Below, in pieces: positions 27,405 to 37,853 of a stretch of DNA of 64,000 nt. This stretch comes from Alphaproteobacteria bacterium (lineage in GTDB: Bacteria; Pseudomonadota; Alphaproteobacteria; GCA-2731375), in contig CBDDPY010000002.1 of assembly GCA_965232515.1 (NCBI GenBank), positions 1,664,001 to 1,728,000 on the forward strand. Reading direction: 5' to 3'. Each line of letters opens with the position of its first letter. Within the stretch, counting starts at the first letter, position 1. A program made the position numbers and the translations under genes. The notes beneath the pieces are model-generated. The model did no database searches, had not been told where the DNA came from, and saw only the letters and a list, made by a program, of their open reading frames with translations.

Positions 27405-28328
27405 ATGGACGGCTTGCTGCTGCTGGAGCAGACGTTCAACGGCCTGCAGTTCGGCGTCATGCTGTTCCTGATGGCGGCCGGGCTGACGCTCGTGTTCGGC
27501 ATCATGGACATGGTCAACCTGGCGCACGGCTCGCTGTATATGGTCGGCGCCTATATCGCGACGACCTTCACCCAGTGGACCGACTCGTTCGTGCTCGGCA
27601 TCCTGCTGGCCGTGCCGGCGACGGCGCTCGTCGGCATTGTCGTTGAAGTGGTGGTGCTGCGGACGCTCTACGACCGCGACCACCTGGACCAGGTGCTGGC
27701 CACCTTCGGGCTGATCCTGTTCTTCAACGAGCTGGTGCGTATCGTCTGGGGACCGGCGGCGCTGTTTTCGGACATCCCCGCTTTCCTGCAGGGCCAGGTC
27801 GAAATCATCCCCGGGGCCCCCTACCCGGCCTATCGCCTGGCGATCATCGGCGTCGGCCTGGCGGTGGCGCTGGCGCTCTACCTGATCGTCAGCCGCACCC
27901 GCATGGGCATGCTGATCCGCGCCGGCGCCAGCAACCGTGAAATGGCCGGCGCACTGGGTGTGAACATCAAGCTGCTGTTCACGCTGGTCTTCGGCCTCGG
28001 CGCCGCCTTTGCGGGCCTCGCCGGCATGATGACCGGGCCGATCACCACGGTCGAGCCGGGCATGGGCGATCCGATCCTGATCCTGGCCTTCGTCGTCATC
28101 ATCATCGGCGGGATCGGCTCCGTGCGCGGCGCCTTCGTGGCGGCGATCCTGGTCGGCCTGGTCGATACCATCGGCCGGGCCTTCCTGCCGCAGTTCTTCC
28201 GCCTGTTCGTCGCCGACTCGACGGCAGACGCGGTCGGGCCGGCCGTGGCCTCGATGCTGATCTACATTCTGATGGCCGCGGTCCTGTTCTTCCGCCCCCA
28301 GGGCCTGTTCCCGGCCCGGACCGGCTGA
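27405..28328 (+). CDS. HAAT ABC transporter permease (LivH-like)
   Basis: AAGLTLVFG..MVNLAHG, IIGGIGS and RPQGLF motifs. Confidence 0.93.
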   Translation: MDGLLLLEQTFNGLQFGVMLFLMAAGLTLVFGIMDMVNLAHGSLYMVGAYIATTFTQWTDSFVLGILLAVPATALVGIVVEVVVLRTLYDRDHLDQVLATFGLILFFNELVRIVWGPAALFSDIPAFLQGQVEIIPGAPYPAYRLAIIGVGLAVALALYLIVSRTRMGMLIRAGASNREMAGALGVNIKLLFTLVFGLGAAFAGLAGMMTGPITTVEPGMGDPILILAFVVIIIGGIGSVRGAFVAAILVGLVDTIGRAFLPQFFRLFVADSTADAVGPAVASMLIYILMAAVLFFRPQGLFPARTG

Positions 28329-28336
28329 GCCCGAAC

Positions 28337-29311
28337 ATGCAAATCCTGCGACAGCCCCGTATTCTGGCGCAATTGATCCTGCTGGCGCTGCTGGCAGCCG
28401 TGCCGCCAATCATGACGGCGATCGACGAGCCCTTCTACACCAGCCTGTTCACCCGGATCATGATCTTCGCCATCGCCGCGGCCAGCCTGGATCTGATCCT
28501 GGGCTTTGGCGGCATGGTCAGCTTCGGTCACGCCGCCTATATCGGCGTCGGCGCCTATTCCGTCGGTATCCTGAGCTTCTATGGGGTCGACAACGGCTTT
28601 ATTCAGTTTCCGCTGGCGGTCCTGCTGTCGGCGGTGTTCGCCACCGTGATCGGCGCCATCTGCATCCGCACATCGGGCGTCTATTTCATCATGATCACGC
28701 TCGCCTTCGCGCAGATGCTGTACTTCCTCGGCATCAGCCTGGAGGAATATGGCGGCGACGACGGCATGCCGGTTTACCGCAGCGAGTTCGGCGGCCTGAT
28801 CGACCTCTACGACGCCAACCATCTCTATTACCTGGTTTTCGCCGTGCTCGCCGCGACGCTCTATTTCGGTCACCGCCTGGTCAATTCCCGTTTCGGCATG
28901 GTCGTGCGCGGCATGAAATCGAACAGCCTGCGCATGAGCGCCGTCGGCTACCCGGTCTATCGCTACCGGCTGGCCGCCTATGTGATCTCGGGCACGATGT
29001 GCGGCGTCGCCGGCGCGCTGTTCGCCAACTGGTCCGAGTTCGTCAGCCCGGACATCATGCATTGGGTGCGGTCGGGCGACCTGATCATCATGGTCATCGT
29101 CGGCGGCATGGGCACGCTGTTCGGACCGGTATTGGGCGCCACCGCCTTCCTGCTGATGGAAGAATACCTGCCGGAAATCATCGAAGGCGCGGCGCCGGGC
29201 GCCGGCGAGCACTGGCATTTCGTGTTCGGCCCGATCCTGATCCTGATCGTGCTGTTCGCCAAGGGCGGCATCTTCGGCCTTTTCGCCGGCCGGGAGCGGT
29301 CCGATGACTGA
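28337..29311 (+). CDS. HAAT ABC transporter permease (LivM-like)
   Basis: GMVSFGHA, YFIMITLAFAQ and VGGMGTLFGP motifs. Confidence 0.93.
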   Translation: MQILRQPRILAQLILLALLAAVPPIMTAIDEPFYTSLFTRIMIFAIAAASLDLILGFGGMVSFGHAAYIGVGAYSVGILSFYGVDNGFIQFPLAVLLSAVFATVIGAICIRTSGVYFIMITLAFAQMLYFLGISLEEYGGDDGMPVYRSEFGGLIDLYDANHLYYLVFAVLAATLYFGHRLVNSRFGMVVRGMKSNSLRMSAVGYPVYRYRLAAYVISGTMCGVAGALFANWSEFVSPDIMHWVRSGDLIIMVIVGGMGTLFGPVLGATAFLLMEEYLPEIIEGAAPGAGEHWHFVFGPILILIVLFAKGGIFGLFAGRERSDD

Positions 29312-30059
29312 GCCGATGCTGGAGGTCGAGGGTCTGGTCAAACGCTTCGGCGGCCTGACTGCGACGGACGACCTGAGCCTGACCGTCACCGTCGGCGAGA
29401 TCCACGCCATCATCGGCCCGAACGGCGCCGGCAAGACCACGTTGATCGCCCAGCTCTCCGGCGACCTGACGCCCGACGACGGCCGCATCCGCTTCGCTGG
29501 CCGGGACATCACCGGGCTGCGATCGGACGAACGCTCGCATCTGGGCCTGGCGCGGTCGTTCCAGATCACCAGCATTTTTCCCGACTTCTCGGCGCTCGAC
29601 AACGTGGCGCTTGCCGTGCAGGCACATGCCGGTCACTCGTTCCGCTTCTGGTCGCGGGCGCGCCGAGACGGGGCCCTGCGGACGCCGGCGATGGCGGCGC
29701 TCGACGAGGTCGGCCTGGCGGACCGCGCCGGGATCACCGCGGCCAATCTGAGCCATGGCGAGCAGCGGCAGCTGGAAATCGCCATGGCGCTGGCGACCGG
29801 GCCAGAGCTGTTGCTGCTGGACGAGCCGATGGCCGGCATGGGCGTGGACGAGTCGGCACGTATGATCGAGCTGTTGCAGGGCCTCAAAGGCCGCCACACG
29901 ATCGTGCTGATCGAGCATGACATGGACGCGGTGTTCGCGCTGGCCGATCGGATCACGGTGCTGGTCTACGGCCGCGCCATCGCCACCGGCGCGCCGGCTG
30001 AGATCCGCGCCAACGCCGAGGTCCGGCAGGCCTATCTGGGGGACGATCATGGCGACTGA
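29304..30059 (+). CDS. ABC transporter ATP-binding protein (LivG-like)
   Basis: GPNGAGKTT, LSHGEQRQLE, LLLLDEP and IEHD motifs. Confidence 0.94.
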   Translation: MTEPMLEVEGLVKRFGGLTATDDLSLTVTVGEIHAIIGPNGAGKTTLIAQLSGDLTPDDGRIRFAGRDITGLRSDERSHLGLARSFQITSIFPDFSALDNVALAVQAHAGHSFRFWSRARRDGALRTPAMAALDEVGLADRAGITAANLSHGEQRQLEIAMALATGPELLLLDEPMAGMGVDESARMIELLQGLKGRHTIVLIEHDMDAVFALADRITVLVYGRAIATGAPAEIRANAEVRQAYLGDDHGD

Positions 30060-30077
30060 GCGGACCGATGGTTAACG

Positions 30078-30779
<702 letters not shown>

Positions 30780-30866
30780 CGGAATCCTAATTGCCGAGAC
30801 ATACGCGTGGTACGTGCTGGCAGTTGCGCAAAAAACTGTGACTTCAATCCCACTATTCGGATTCCC

Positions 30867-30882
30867 TTAACATCATTTTTAC
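30867..30882 (+). promoter_or_regulatory. Candidate CtrA box
   Basis: TTAA-CATCATT-TTTAC, one mismatch from TTAA-N7-TTAAC, upstream of a diguanylate cyclase. Confidence 0.4.
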
Positions 30883-30969
30883 GGCACGAATTCTAGTGTG
30901 GGCGGCAGAGGGCAGCGCGTATGGCGGCCGTTTCGAAAAGGCGCCAACGCTAGGACTCGGGATCTCACC

Positions 30970-32022
30970 GTGGAACAACAGGTCAGCGTCGAACAAGCCG
31001 CGAAATTCGCCGAAAAGGCACATGAGGCCATGTATCAGCATGGCGTGCCGCCGACGCCATCGAATTTCGCCGTCTGGTACCACTATCATTCCGGACGGTT
31101 TCCGGACCTGACCCGCACGATCGAGATCCATCTCGCCAATAAGCGGTCATTCGACGCGGCCCTGAACCGTGAGTTGCATGACCGGTTTTTCGGCTCGGAA
31201 AACGAAGCCAACAACATCCGGCAGATCAGCTCCCAGATCGAAAGCACATTGGGGGACGTGCTGGACCGTATGGGTGAAGTCGGCGCCGACACCGATCGCT
31301 ACGGCAGCATCCTGGCCGAGGTCAGCAGCGAGATCGACGGAGCCGACAGCAGCGGTATCCAGAAGATCGTCGCCAAGCTGGTTGCCGAGACACAGCGCAT
31401 GGCGGACCAGAACGACGCCCTGAAAGGCAAGCTGGAAAGCTCGTCGCTGGAGATCAATCAGCTGCGCGAAGATCTGGCGAACGTCCGACAGGAGTCGCTG
31501 ACGGACGCGCTGACCGGCATCGCCAACCGCAAGATGTTCGACGCCACGCTGCAAGAATGCGCCGACGGCGCCCTGCAGAACGCCGAGCCGCTGTCGCTGA
31601 TGCTGCTCGATATCGATCACTTCAAGAAGTTCAACGACAACTTCGGCCACCAGCTCGGCGACAAGGTGCTGCAGCTCGTGGCGCATACGCTGACCCAATG
31701 CGTGAAGGGCCGCGACCTGCCGGCGCGTTATGGCGGCGAGGAGTTCGCCGTCATCCTGCCACGGACCAGCCTCGAGGACGCGACGACGCTGGCCGATCAG
31801 GTCCGCCTGTCGGTTGCGCAACGCAAGATCGTGCGCAAAAGCACCGGCCAGGACCTGGGCACCATCACCATGTCGATCGGCGTCTCGGCCTATGTCCCGG
31901 GCGAAGACCTCGACGGTCTGGTCAAGCGCGCCGACGAAGCGCTTTACGCGGCCAAGAACGCCGGCCGCAATCGGGTGATGACGCAGGCCGCCGACACAAA
32001 CGTCACGTCCATCGCCGGCTGA
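30970..32022 (+). CDS. Cytoplasmic GGDEF diguanylate cyclase
   Basis: PTP.NF.VWY N-domain, coiled coil, TDALTG, DIDHFK and ARYGGEEF motifs. The I-site reads KxxD. GTG start at 30970 is inferred. Confidence 0.92.
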   Translation: MEQQVSVEQAAKFAEKAHEAMYQHGVPPTPSNFAVWYHYHSGRFPDLTRTIEIHLANKRSFDAALNRELHDRFFGSENEANNIRQISSQIESTLGDVLDRMGEVGADTDRYGSILAEVSSEIDGADSSGIQKIVAKLVAETQRMADQNDALKGKLESSSLEINQLREDLANVRQESLTDALTGIANRKMFDATLQECADGALQNAEPLSLMLLDIDHFKKFNDNFGHQLGDKVLQLVAHTLTQCVKGRDLPARYGGEEFAVILPRTSLEDATTLADQVRLSVAQRKIVRKSTGQDLGTITMSIGVSAYVPGEDLDGLVKRADEALYAAKNAGRNRVMTQAADTNVTSIAG

Positions 32023-32133
32023 CGACAGCCCACAAACATCCCCTTCCAGCGTTTTCGGCGCTTCGGGCTTGCCCCGACGCGGGCGTCTGCCGCATGCTTG
32101 CGGCCACGCCATCAACAGCCGGAAACGAAGAAA

Positions 32134-32844
32134 ATGACCGAGGGACCTGTCGACCCCGCCGTCCTGGATGCGCTTCGCAAGCTGGACACGCCCACCGTCT
32201 GCAACGCGCTCGAAATCACCTCGCCCGAGCGTCGAGGCCATGGCTACACCGTGGAACCGCTGGTCTGCGCCCGAAGCGACCTGCCGCCGATCGTGGGCTA
32301 CGCCCGCACCGCGACGATCCGGGCCATGCAGCCGAGCCATGACGATGCAGAGACGGCGAAAGCCAAACGCCTCGCCTACTACACCCATGTCGCCGAGGGT
32401 CCCGGTCCGACGATCACCGTGATCCAGGACCTTGACGGCGGCCGCATCGGCTACGGCGCTTTCTGGGGCGAGGTGAACAGCAACATCCATAAGGGCCTCG
32501 GCTGCCTCGGCGTGGTGACGGACGGCAGCATCCGCGACCTCGAAGACATCGCCGACGGCTTCCAGCTCCTGGCCGGCCGCGTCGGCCCGTCACATGCGCA
32601 CGTGCATCTCGTGGACGTCGGCGGCGCCGTGAACGTGGCCGGCATGCTGGTCAGCCCCGGCGATCTGATCCATGCCGACAGGCACGGCGCCGTCGTGATC
32701 CCGGCCAACGCGGCCGCCGAAGTGCCGGCCGCGGCCGAGCTGATCTCGCGGCGCGAGGCCGTCATCCTGGAAGCCGCCAAAAGCCCCGATTTCAACATCG
32801 AGAAGCTGAAGCAGGCGATGGCCGACCAGGCCGAAATCCACTGA
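32134..32844 (+). CDS. RraA/HMG-aldolase family protein
   Basis: DTPTVCNALE, FWGEVN, TDGSIRD and GDLIHADRHG motifs. Confidence 0.88.
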   Translation: MTEGPVDPAVLDALRKLDTPTVCNALEITSPERRGHGYTVEPLVCARSDLPPIVGYARTATIRAMQPSHDDAETAKAKRLAYYTHVAEGPGPTITVIQDLDGGRIGYGAFWGEVNSNIHKGLGCLGVVTDGSIRDLEDIADGFQLLAGRVGPSHAHVHLVDVGGAVNVAGMLVSPGDLIHADRHGAVVIPANAAAEVPAAAELISRREAVILEAAKSPDFNIEKLKQAMADQAEIH

Positions 32845-32860
32845 CGGGGACCGCGCTGAT

Positions 32861-33646
32861 ATGACGGAACAATCGGAGACGGCGGTCCTGGTCAGCCGGC
32901 CGGCGGCCTTTGTCACGCAGCTTCAGATCAACCGGCCGAAGGCCATGAACGCGCTGAACGGCGCCGTGCTGGGCGGCATCGCCGCGGCGCTGGCCGATGC
33001 CGTCGACGACGACGAGGTGCGCTGCGTCGTGCTGACCGGCGACCAGCGGGCCTTCGCGGCCGGCGCCGATATCAAGGAGATGCCAACCCGCACGCCGGCC
33101 ACCGTGCTGACCGACAAGCGCGGCGAGCACTGGCACGCCGTCGCCAGCTTCCCGAAGCCGATCATCGCGGCCGTGAACGGTTATGCCTTGGGCGGCGGCT
33201 GCGAGCTCGCCATGTCGTGCGACATCATCGTCGCCGGCGAGAACGCCATGTTCGGCCAGCCGGAGGTCAATCTCGGCATCATCGCCGGCGCCGGCGGTAC
33301 GCAGCGGCTGGTCAAGGCGGTCGGCAAGTCCGTCGCCATGAAGATGCTGCTGGCCTCCGAATTCATCGACGCCGACACGGCGCTGGCCTCGGGACTGGTG
33401 GCCGATGTGGTCGCCCCGGAATTGACCCTGGAACGGGCCGTGGCGCTGGCCGAGACCATCGCCGCGAAGGCGCCGCTGGCCGTGCGGCTGACGAAGCAGG
33501 CCGTGCTGCGCTCGTTCGACGTCAGCATCGAGGCCGGGCTGCAGTTCGAGCGCAATTGCTCGGCCGCCCTGTTCGGCACCGAGGACCGCCTGGAAGGCGT
33601 CACCGCCTTCATCGAGAAGCGCAAGGCCGATTTCAAGAACCGCTGA
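32861..33646 (+). CDS. paaF: Enoyl-CoA hydratase (2,3-dehydroadipyl-CoA hydratase-like)
   Basis: AFAAGADIKE, GGGCEL and QPEVNLG motifs (both catalytic Glu), in paa context. Confidence 0.78.
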   Translation: MTEQSETAVLVSRPAAFVTQLQINRPKAMNALNGAVLGGIAAALADAVDDDEVRCVVLTGDQRAFAAGADIKEMPTRTPATVLTDKRGEHWHAVASFPKPIIAAVNGYALGGGCELAMSCDIIVAGENAMFGQPEVNLGIIAGAGGTQRLVKAVGKSVAMKMLLASEFIDADTALASGLVADVVAPELTLERAVALAETIAAKAPLAVRLTKQAVLRSFDVSIEAGLQFERNCSAALFGTEDRLEGVTAFIEKRKADFKNR

Positions 33647-33669
33647 GCCGGCGTCGAGGGAGGAAACCG

Positions 33670-34473
33670 ATGAGCTACGAGACCATCACGCTGGAGAAGA
33701 CCGACGGCGTCGCCCGGCTGACGCTGAACCGGCCGGACAAGATGAATGCGCTGAGCCGCGACATGGTCGGCGAGCTGAGCGACGCCATCAAGCATATCGC
33801 CCGCGACAAGGAAATCCGGGCCGTGCTGATGACGGGCAATGGTCGCGGCTTCTGCGCCGGCGCCGATCTGGCCGAAGGCATGATGCGGAACGACGGCAAC
33901 GTCGATCTGGGCAAGCAGGTCGCCGACGGCATGGAGCGCCTGCACAACCGGCTGGTCCGGGCGCTGGCCAAGCTGGAGAAGCCCGTCGTCGCGGCGGTGA
34001 ACGGCGCCGCCGCCGGCGGCGGCATGAGCCTGGCGCTGACTGCCGATATCGTGATTGCCGCCAAATCGGCCTATTTCGTGCTGGTCTTCGGCCCCAATCT
34101 CGGCATCGTGCCTGATATGGGCGCGTCCTGGCTGACGCCGCGGCTGATCGGCGACGCCCGCGCCCGCGGCATGGCGCTGACCGGCGAGCGCATCCCGGCC
34201 GAGCAGGCCGCCGAGTGGGGCATGATCTGGAAAGCGGTCGACGATGACGCGCTGCTGGACGAGGCGCAGACGCTGGCGGCGAAACTGGCGGCCGGCCCGA
34301 CCCTCGGCTTCGGCCTGATCAAGCGCGCGCTGCTGGCCTCGGGCCAGAACAGCCTCGACGCCCAACTCGACATGGAGCGGGACATGCAGAACATCGCCGC
34401 GCGCAGCCATGATTTCACCGAGGGCGTCGCCGCCTTCGTCGCCAAGCGGCCGCCGGCCTTCAAGGGACATTGA
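33670..34473 (+). CDS. paaG: 1,2-epoxyphenylacetyl-CoA isomerase-like crotonase
   Basis: FCAGADL, NGAAAGGG, LGIVPDMG (catalytic Asp) and WGMIWKAVDD motifs. GGAGG RBS upstream. Confidence 0.85.
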   Translation: MSYETITLEKTDGVARLTLNRPDKMNALSRDMVGELSDAIKHIARDKEIRAVLMTGNGRGFCAGADLAEGMMRNDGNVDLGKQVADGMERLHNRLVRALAKLEKPVVAAVNGAAAGGGMSLALTADIVIAAKSAYFVLVFGPNLGIVPDMGASWLTPRLIGDARARGMALTGERIPAEQAAEWGMIWKAVDDDALLDEAQTLAAKLAAGPTLGFGLIKRALLASGQNSLDAQLDMERDMQNIAARSHDFTEGVAAFVAKRPPAFKGH

Positions 34474-34483
34474 GTTCAGCCGC

Positions 34484-34942
34484 ATGAACGAGATGTCGGA
34501 CGCCATCGCGCTGGAGATCGCGACCAAGGCCGGCGACGCCATGTACGACCGCGATTACGCGGCCCAGGCGCTCGGCATCAAGCTGGAGGAGATCCGTCCC
34601 GGCTTTGCCCGGATGAGCATGACCGTACGCGACGACATGGTGAACGGCCACGATATGTGCCATGGCGGGTTCACGTTCACGCTCGCCGACACCACGCTCG
34701 CCTATGCCAGCAATTCCTACAACGCCGTCGCCGTCGCCCAGACCGCAACCATTACCTTCACCTCGCCCGGTCGCCGCGGTGAAGTGCTGACCGCGGTCAG
34801 CGAGGAGCGCAGCCACGGCGGCCGCACCGGCATCTACGACGTCGTCGTCACCGGCGAGGACGGCCGCGCAATCGCCCACTTCCGCGGCATCACCCAGCGC
34901 ATCAAGGGCGAGGTGGTGACCGGGCTGCCGGTCTCGCAATAG
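34484..34942 (+). CDS. paaI: Hydroxyphenylacetyl-CoA thioesterase
   Basis: MVNGHDMCHGGFTFTLADT hot-dog motif and GIYDV. Confidence 0.9.
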   Translation: MNEMSDAIALEIATKAGDAMYDRDYAAQALGIKLEEIRPGFARMSMTVRDDMVNGHDMCHGGFTFTLADTTLAYASNSYNAVAVAQTATITFTSPGRRGEVLTAVSEERSHGGRTGIYDVVVTGEDGRAIAHFRGITQRIKGEVVTGLPVSQ

Positions 34943-35019
34943 ACACATGCGGGGCGACGGAATGTCGCGGCGACTGAAACAATCGCGACGTCGACGTCGC
35001 GAGTCGACCCGCTTAGATA

Positions 35020-35033
35020 CTATCGACCGTTAG
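35020..35033. promoter_or_regulatory. Candidate PaaR (TetR)-like operator
   Basis: CTATCGACCGTTAG, 40 nt upstream of paaK, is one mismatch from the CNAACNNNCGTTNG consensus as I recall it. Confidence 0.35.
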
Positions 35034-35073
35034 ATCACCACCCTCTAATAGGCAACCGGACCGATCGCAAAAA

Positions 35074-36396
35074 ATGACCAAGCAACGGCGAAACGCCCCT
35101 CCGGACACGAACCTGCTCGACCCGATCGAAACCGCCAGCCGCGACGAGATCGCCGCCCTGCAGCTTTCGCGACTGCAAAAGACGCTGGCGCATGCCTATG
35201 CCAACGTGCCGCACTACCGTCAGAGCTTCGATGCCGCCGGCGTGCATCCCGACGACTGCAAGGCGCTGTCGGATTTGGCCAGGTTCCCGTTCCTGGCCAA
35301 GGACGATCTGCGCCGGCATTACCCCTTCGGCCTGTTCGCCGTGCCCCGCGAGCAGGTGGTCCGCGTGCACGCTTCGTCCGGCACCACCGGCCTGCCCACC
35401 GTCGTCGGCTACACAGCCAACGACATTGAGATCTGGTCCGAGGTCATGGCGCGCTCGATCCGCGCCGCCGGCGGCCGGCCCGGCGATCTCGTCCATGTCG
35501 CCTACGGCTACGGCCTGTTCACCGGCGGGTTGGGCGCGCATTACGGCGCCGAAAAACTCGGCTGCACCGTGGTGCCGATGTCGGGCGGCCAGACCGAGAA
35601 ACAGGTCCAGTTGATCAACGACTTCGGGCCGGCGATCATCATGGTGACACCGTCTTACATGCTGGCCATCGCGGACGCGTTCGAGGCGCAGAATATCGAT
35701 CCGGCGACCTCGTCGCTGCTGGTCGGCATTCACGGCGCCGAACCCTGGACCGAGAGCATGCGGACCGAGATCGAAGCCCGCTTCGACATGGACGCGGTCG
35801 ACATCTACGGCCTGTCGGAGGTGATGGGCCCTGGCGTCGCCAACGAATGCGTCGAGACCAAGGACGGCCTGCATATCTGGGAGGACCATTTCTATCCCGA
35901 GATCATCGATCCGGCGACCGGCGCGCCGGTGGCCGACGGCGAACACGGCGAGATGGTCTGGACCAGCCTGACGAAAGAAGCCTTCCCGGTGGTGCGCTAT
36001 CGCAGCCGCGACCTCACCCGCCTGCTGCCGGGCACGGCGCGCTCGATGCGACGCATGGAGAAGATCACTGGCCGCTCGGACGACATGCTGATCATCCGCG
36101 GCGTCAACGTGTTCCCGACGCAGATCGAGGAAATCGTGCTGAAGGACGACCGGCTGTCGCCGCACTACCTGCTGGAGGTCCGGCGCGAGAAGACGCTGGA
36201 CGAGCTCGACGTTCTGGTCGAATGCCGGCCGGAATTCGCCGCCAATGGCGACCGCGAAAGCGCCGCGGCCGAGCTGCGGCATCACATCAAATCGCTGGTC
36301 GGCGTCACCGCGCGGGTGCAGATCGTCGATCCCGACAGCATCGAACGATCGATGGGCAAGGCCGTACGCGTCGTCGACCTGCGGCCGAAATCGTAA
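35074..36396 (+). CDS. paaK: Phenylacetate-CoA ligase
   Basis: HASSGTTG.PT, YGYGLFTGGLGAHYG, DIYGLSE and GRSDDMLIIRGVNVFP motifs. Confidence 0.95.
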   Translation: MTKQRRNAPPDTNLLDPIETASRDEIAALQLSRLQKTLAHAYANVPHYRQSFDAAGVHPDDCKALSDLARFPFLAKDDLRRHYPFGLFAVPREQVVRVHASSGTTGLPTVVGYTANDIEIWSEVMARSIRAAGGRPGDLVHVAYGYGLFTGGLGAHYGAEKLGCTVVPMSGGQTEKQVQLINDFGPAIIMVTPSYMLAIADAFEAQNIDPATSSLLVGIHGAEPWTESMRTEIEARFDMDAVDIYGLSEVMGPGVANECVETKDGLHIWEDHFYPEIIDPATGAPVADGEHGEMVWTSLTKEAFPVVRYRSRDLTRLLPGTARSMRRMEKITGRSDDMLIIRGVNVFPTQIEEIVLKDDRLSPHYLLEVRREKTLDELDVLVECRPEFAANGDRESAAAELRHHIKSLVGVTARVQIVDPDSIERSMGKAVRVVDLRPKS

Positions 36397-36401
36397 CCGG
36401 A

Positions 36402-36887
36402 CTAACGACCGAACAGACGGGCGAGGAAGCCGCCGCCGCGGCGTTTCGCCAGATATTGCTGGTGATAGTCCTCGGCAAGCCAGAACGGCCCAACGGCCGA
36501 GATTTCGGTGACGACCTCGCCGCGATGCGCGCCGGACTCCCGCTGCGTCGCCTTCGATGACCGCGCCGCGGCCTCCTGCTCGGCATCGTGATAGAAGATC
36601 GCCGAGCGGTACTGCGTGCCGACGTCGAAACCTTGGCGGTTCAATTGCGCCGGGTCGTGCGAGTCCCAGAACACGTCCAGCAGCTCATCATAGGTGATCC
36701 GGTTCGGGTCGTACGCGACGCGCACGACCTCGGCATGACCGGTCGCACCGCCGCAGACGTCCTCGTAAGTCGGGTTCTCGAAATGGCCGCCGGCGTAGCC
36801 GACTGATGTCGACGTCACGCCCGTGAGTCCGCTGAAGGCCTGCTCGACACCCCAGAAACAGCCCGCGGCAAAGGTCGCTTCCGCCAT
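36402..36887 (-). CDS. msrA: Peptide-methionine (S)-S-oxide reductase
   Basis: [20 protein letters not shown] and AEDYHQQY motifs. Confidence 0.95.
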   Translation of the reverse strand: MAEATFAAGCFWGVEQAFSGLTGVTSTSVGYAGGHFENPTYEDVCGGATGHAEVVRVAYDPNRITYDELLDVFWDSHDPAQLNRQGFDVGTQYRSAIFYHDAEQEAAARSSKATQRESGAHRGEVVTEISAVGPFWLAEDYHQQYLAKRRGGGFLARLFGR

Positions 36888-36927
36888 GTTTTGTTTCCCT
36901 TCTCAATGTGCCTTCGGCGGCGAGTCA

Positions 36928-37746
36928 TCAAGGTCCGACGAATTCCTCCAGGAAGGCAAGCTGAATGTCGGCGCTGCCGAATGCCGACAGATTGTTGTGA
37001 CCTGCCAGCAGCAGGAACACGCCGCGCTTCGGTTCCGGCGCCGCCGCCAGCAGCCGCCGCCCTTGCGCCACGGGCACGATGCGGTCGCGCTCGCCATGCA
37101 CGATCAGAACCGGCGCGGTAATGCCGACGATGTGCCGGATGGAATCGAAACGGTCCTCGGCCAGCGTCTCCACCGGCAGCAGCGGATAATGGTAGCGGCC
37201 GGCATCGATGACCGAGGTAAACGGCGCCTCCAGGATCAGCGCCGCCACGCGATGGTTTGCGGCTAGCTGGACCGCGATGGCCGTGCCCAGCGACTCGCCG
37301 AACAGCACCAAGCGGTCCGACGGAACGCCCGCGTCGGCGAGATAGGCGAGGCCGGCGGCGCCGTCGGCCAGCAGGCCCGCCTCGGACGGCGTGCCCGGAT
37401 TGCCGCCATAACCCCGATAGCCGACCAGAAGCACGCCGTAGCCGGCGGCGCGGAATGGCCGCAGTTTAGGCACGCGGCCGGCGATATTGCCGGCGTTGCC
37501 GTGCAGGTAGACAATCGTCGGTCGGCCGTCCTCGGCCGCCGCGTGCCAAGCCGTGAGCGACAGGCCGTCCGTCGTCGTCAACTCCACCACGTCATAGGCC
37601 GTCGCGCCGATCTCGGCCGGCGTCGGCAGATTGTCGGCCGGAAAGTAGAGCAGCGCCCGTTGCAGGCAGCCGGCGACGAGCACGGGCGTGAGGGCGATCA
37701 CAAGAAGTCTTATTGCGCGCATCTGCGTCCACATCGGTGCGATCAA
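36928..37746 (-). CDS. Alpha/beta hydrolase (Bem46/ABHD13-like), probable lipoprotein
   Basis: LVAGC lipobox, HGNAGN, YRGYG, GESLG, HGERD and GHN motifs. Exact start uncertain. Confidence 0.88.
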   Translation of the reverse strand: MIAPMWTQMRAIRLLVIALTPVLVAGCLQRALLYFPADNLPTPAEIGATAYDVVELTTTDGLSLTAWHAAAEDGRPTIVYLHGNAGNIAGRVPKLRPFRAAGYGVLLVGYRGYGGNPGTPSEAGLLADGAAGLAYLADAGVPSDRLVLFGESLGTAIAVQLAANHRVAALILEAPFTSVIDAGRYHYPLLPVETLAEDRFDSIRHIVGITAPVLIVHGERDRIVPVAQGRRLLAAAPEPKRGVFLLLAGHNNLSAFGSADIQLAFLEEFVGP

Positions 37747-37774
37747 GATATGGGGACGCGACGGATCGCCAGCA

Positions 37775-37798
37775 AATTAGTTTCTACTGCAACTAATT
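37775..37798. promoter_or_regulatory. Palindromic operator candidate
   Basis: AATTAGTT-N8-AACTAATT upstream of the FAD monooxygenase. Confidence 0.55.
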
Positions 37799-37853
37799 AT
37801 GTTAGGATGGAAAAAAAGCCCGCGATCGCAACACCGGTTCGGAGGCAAGCCGG

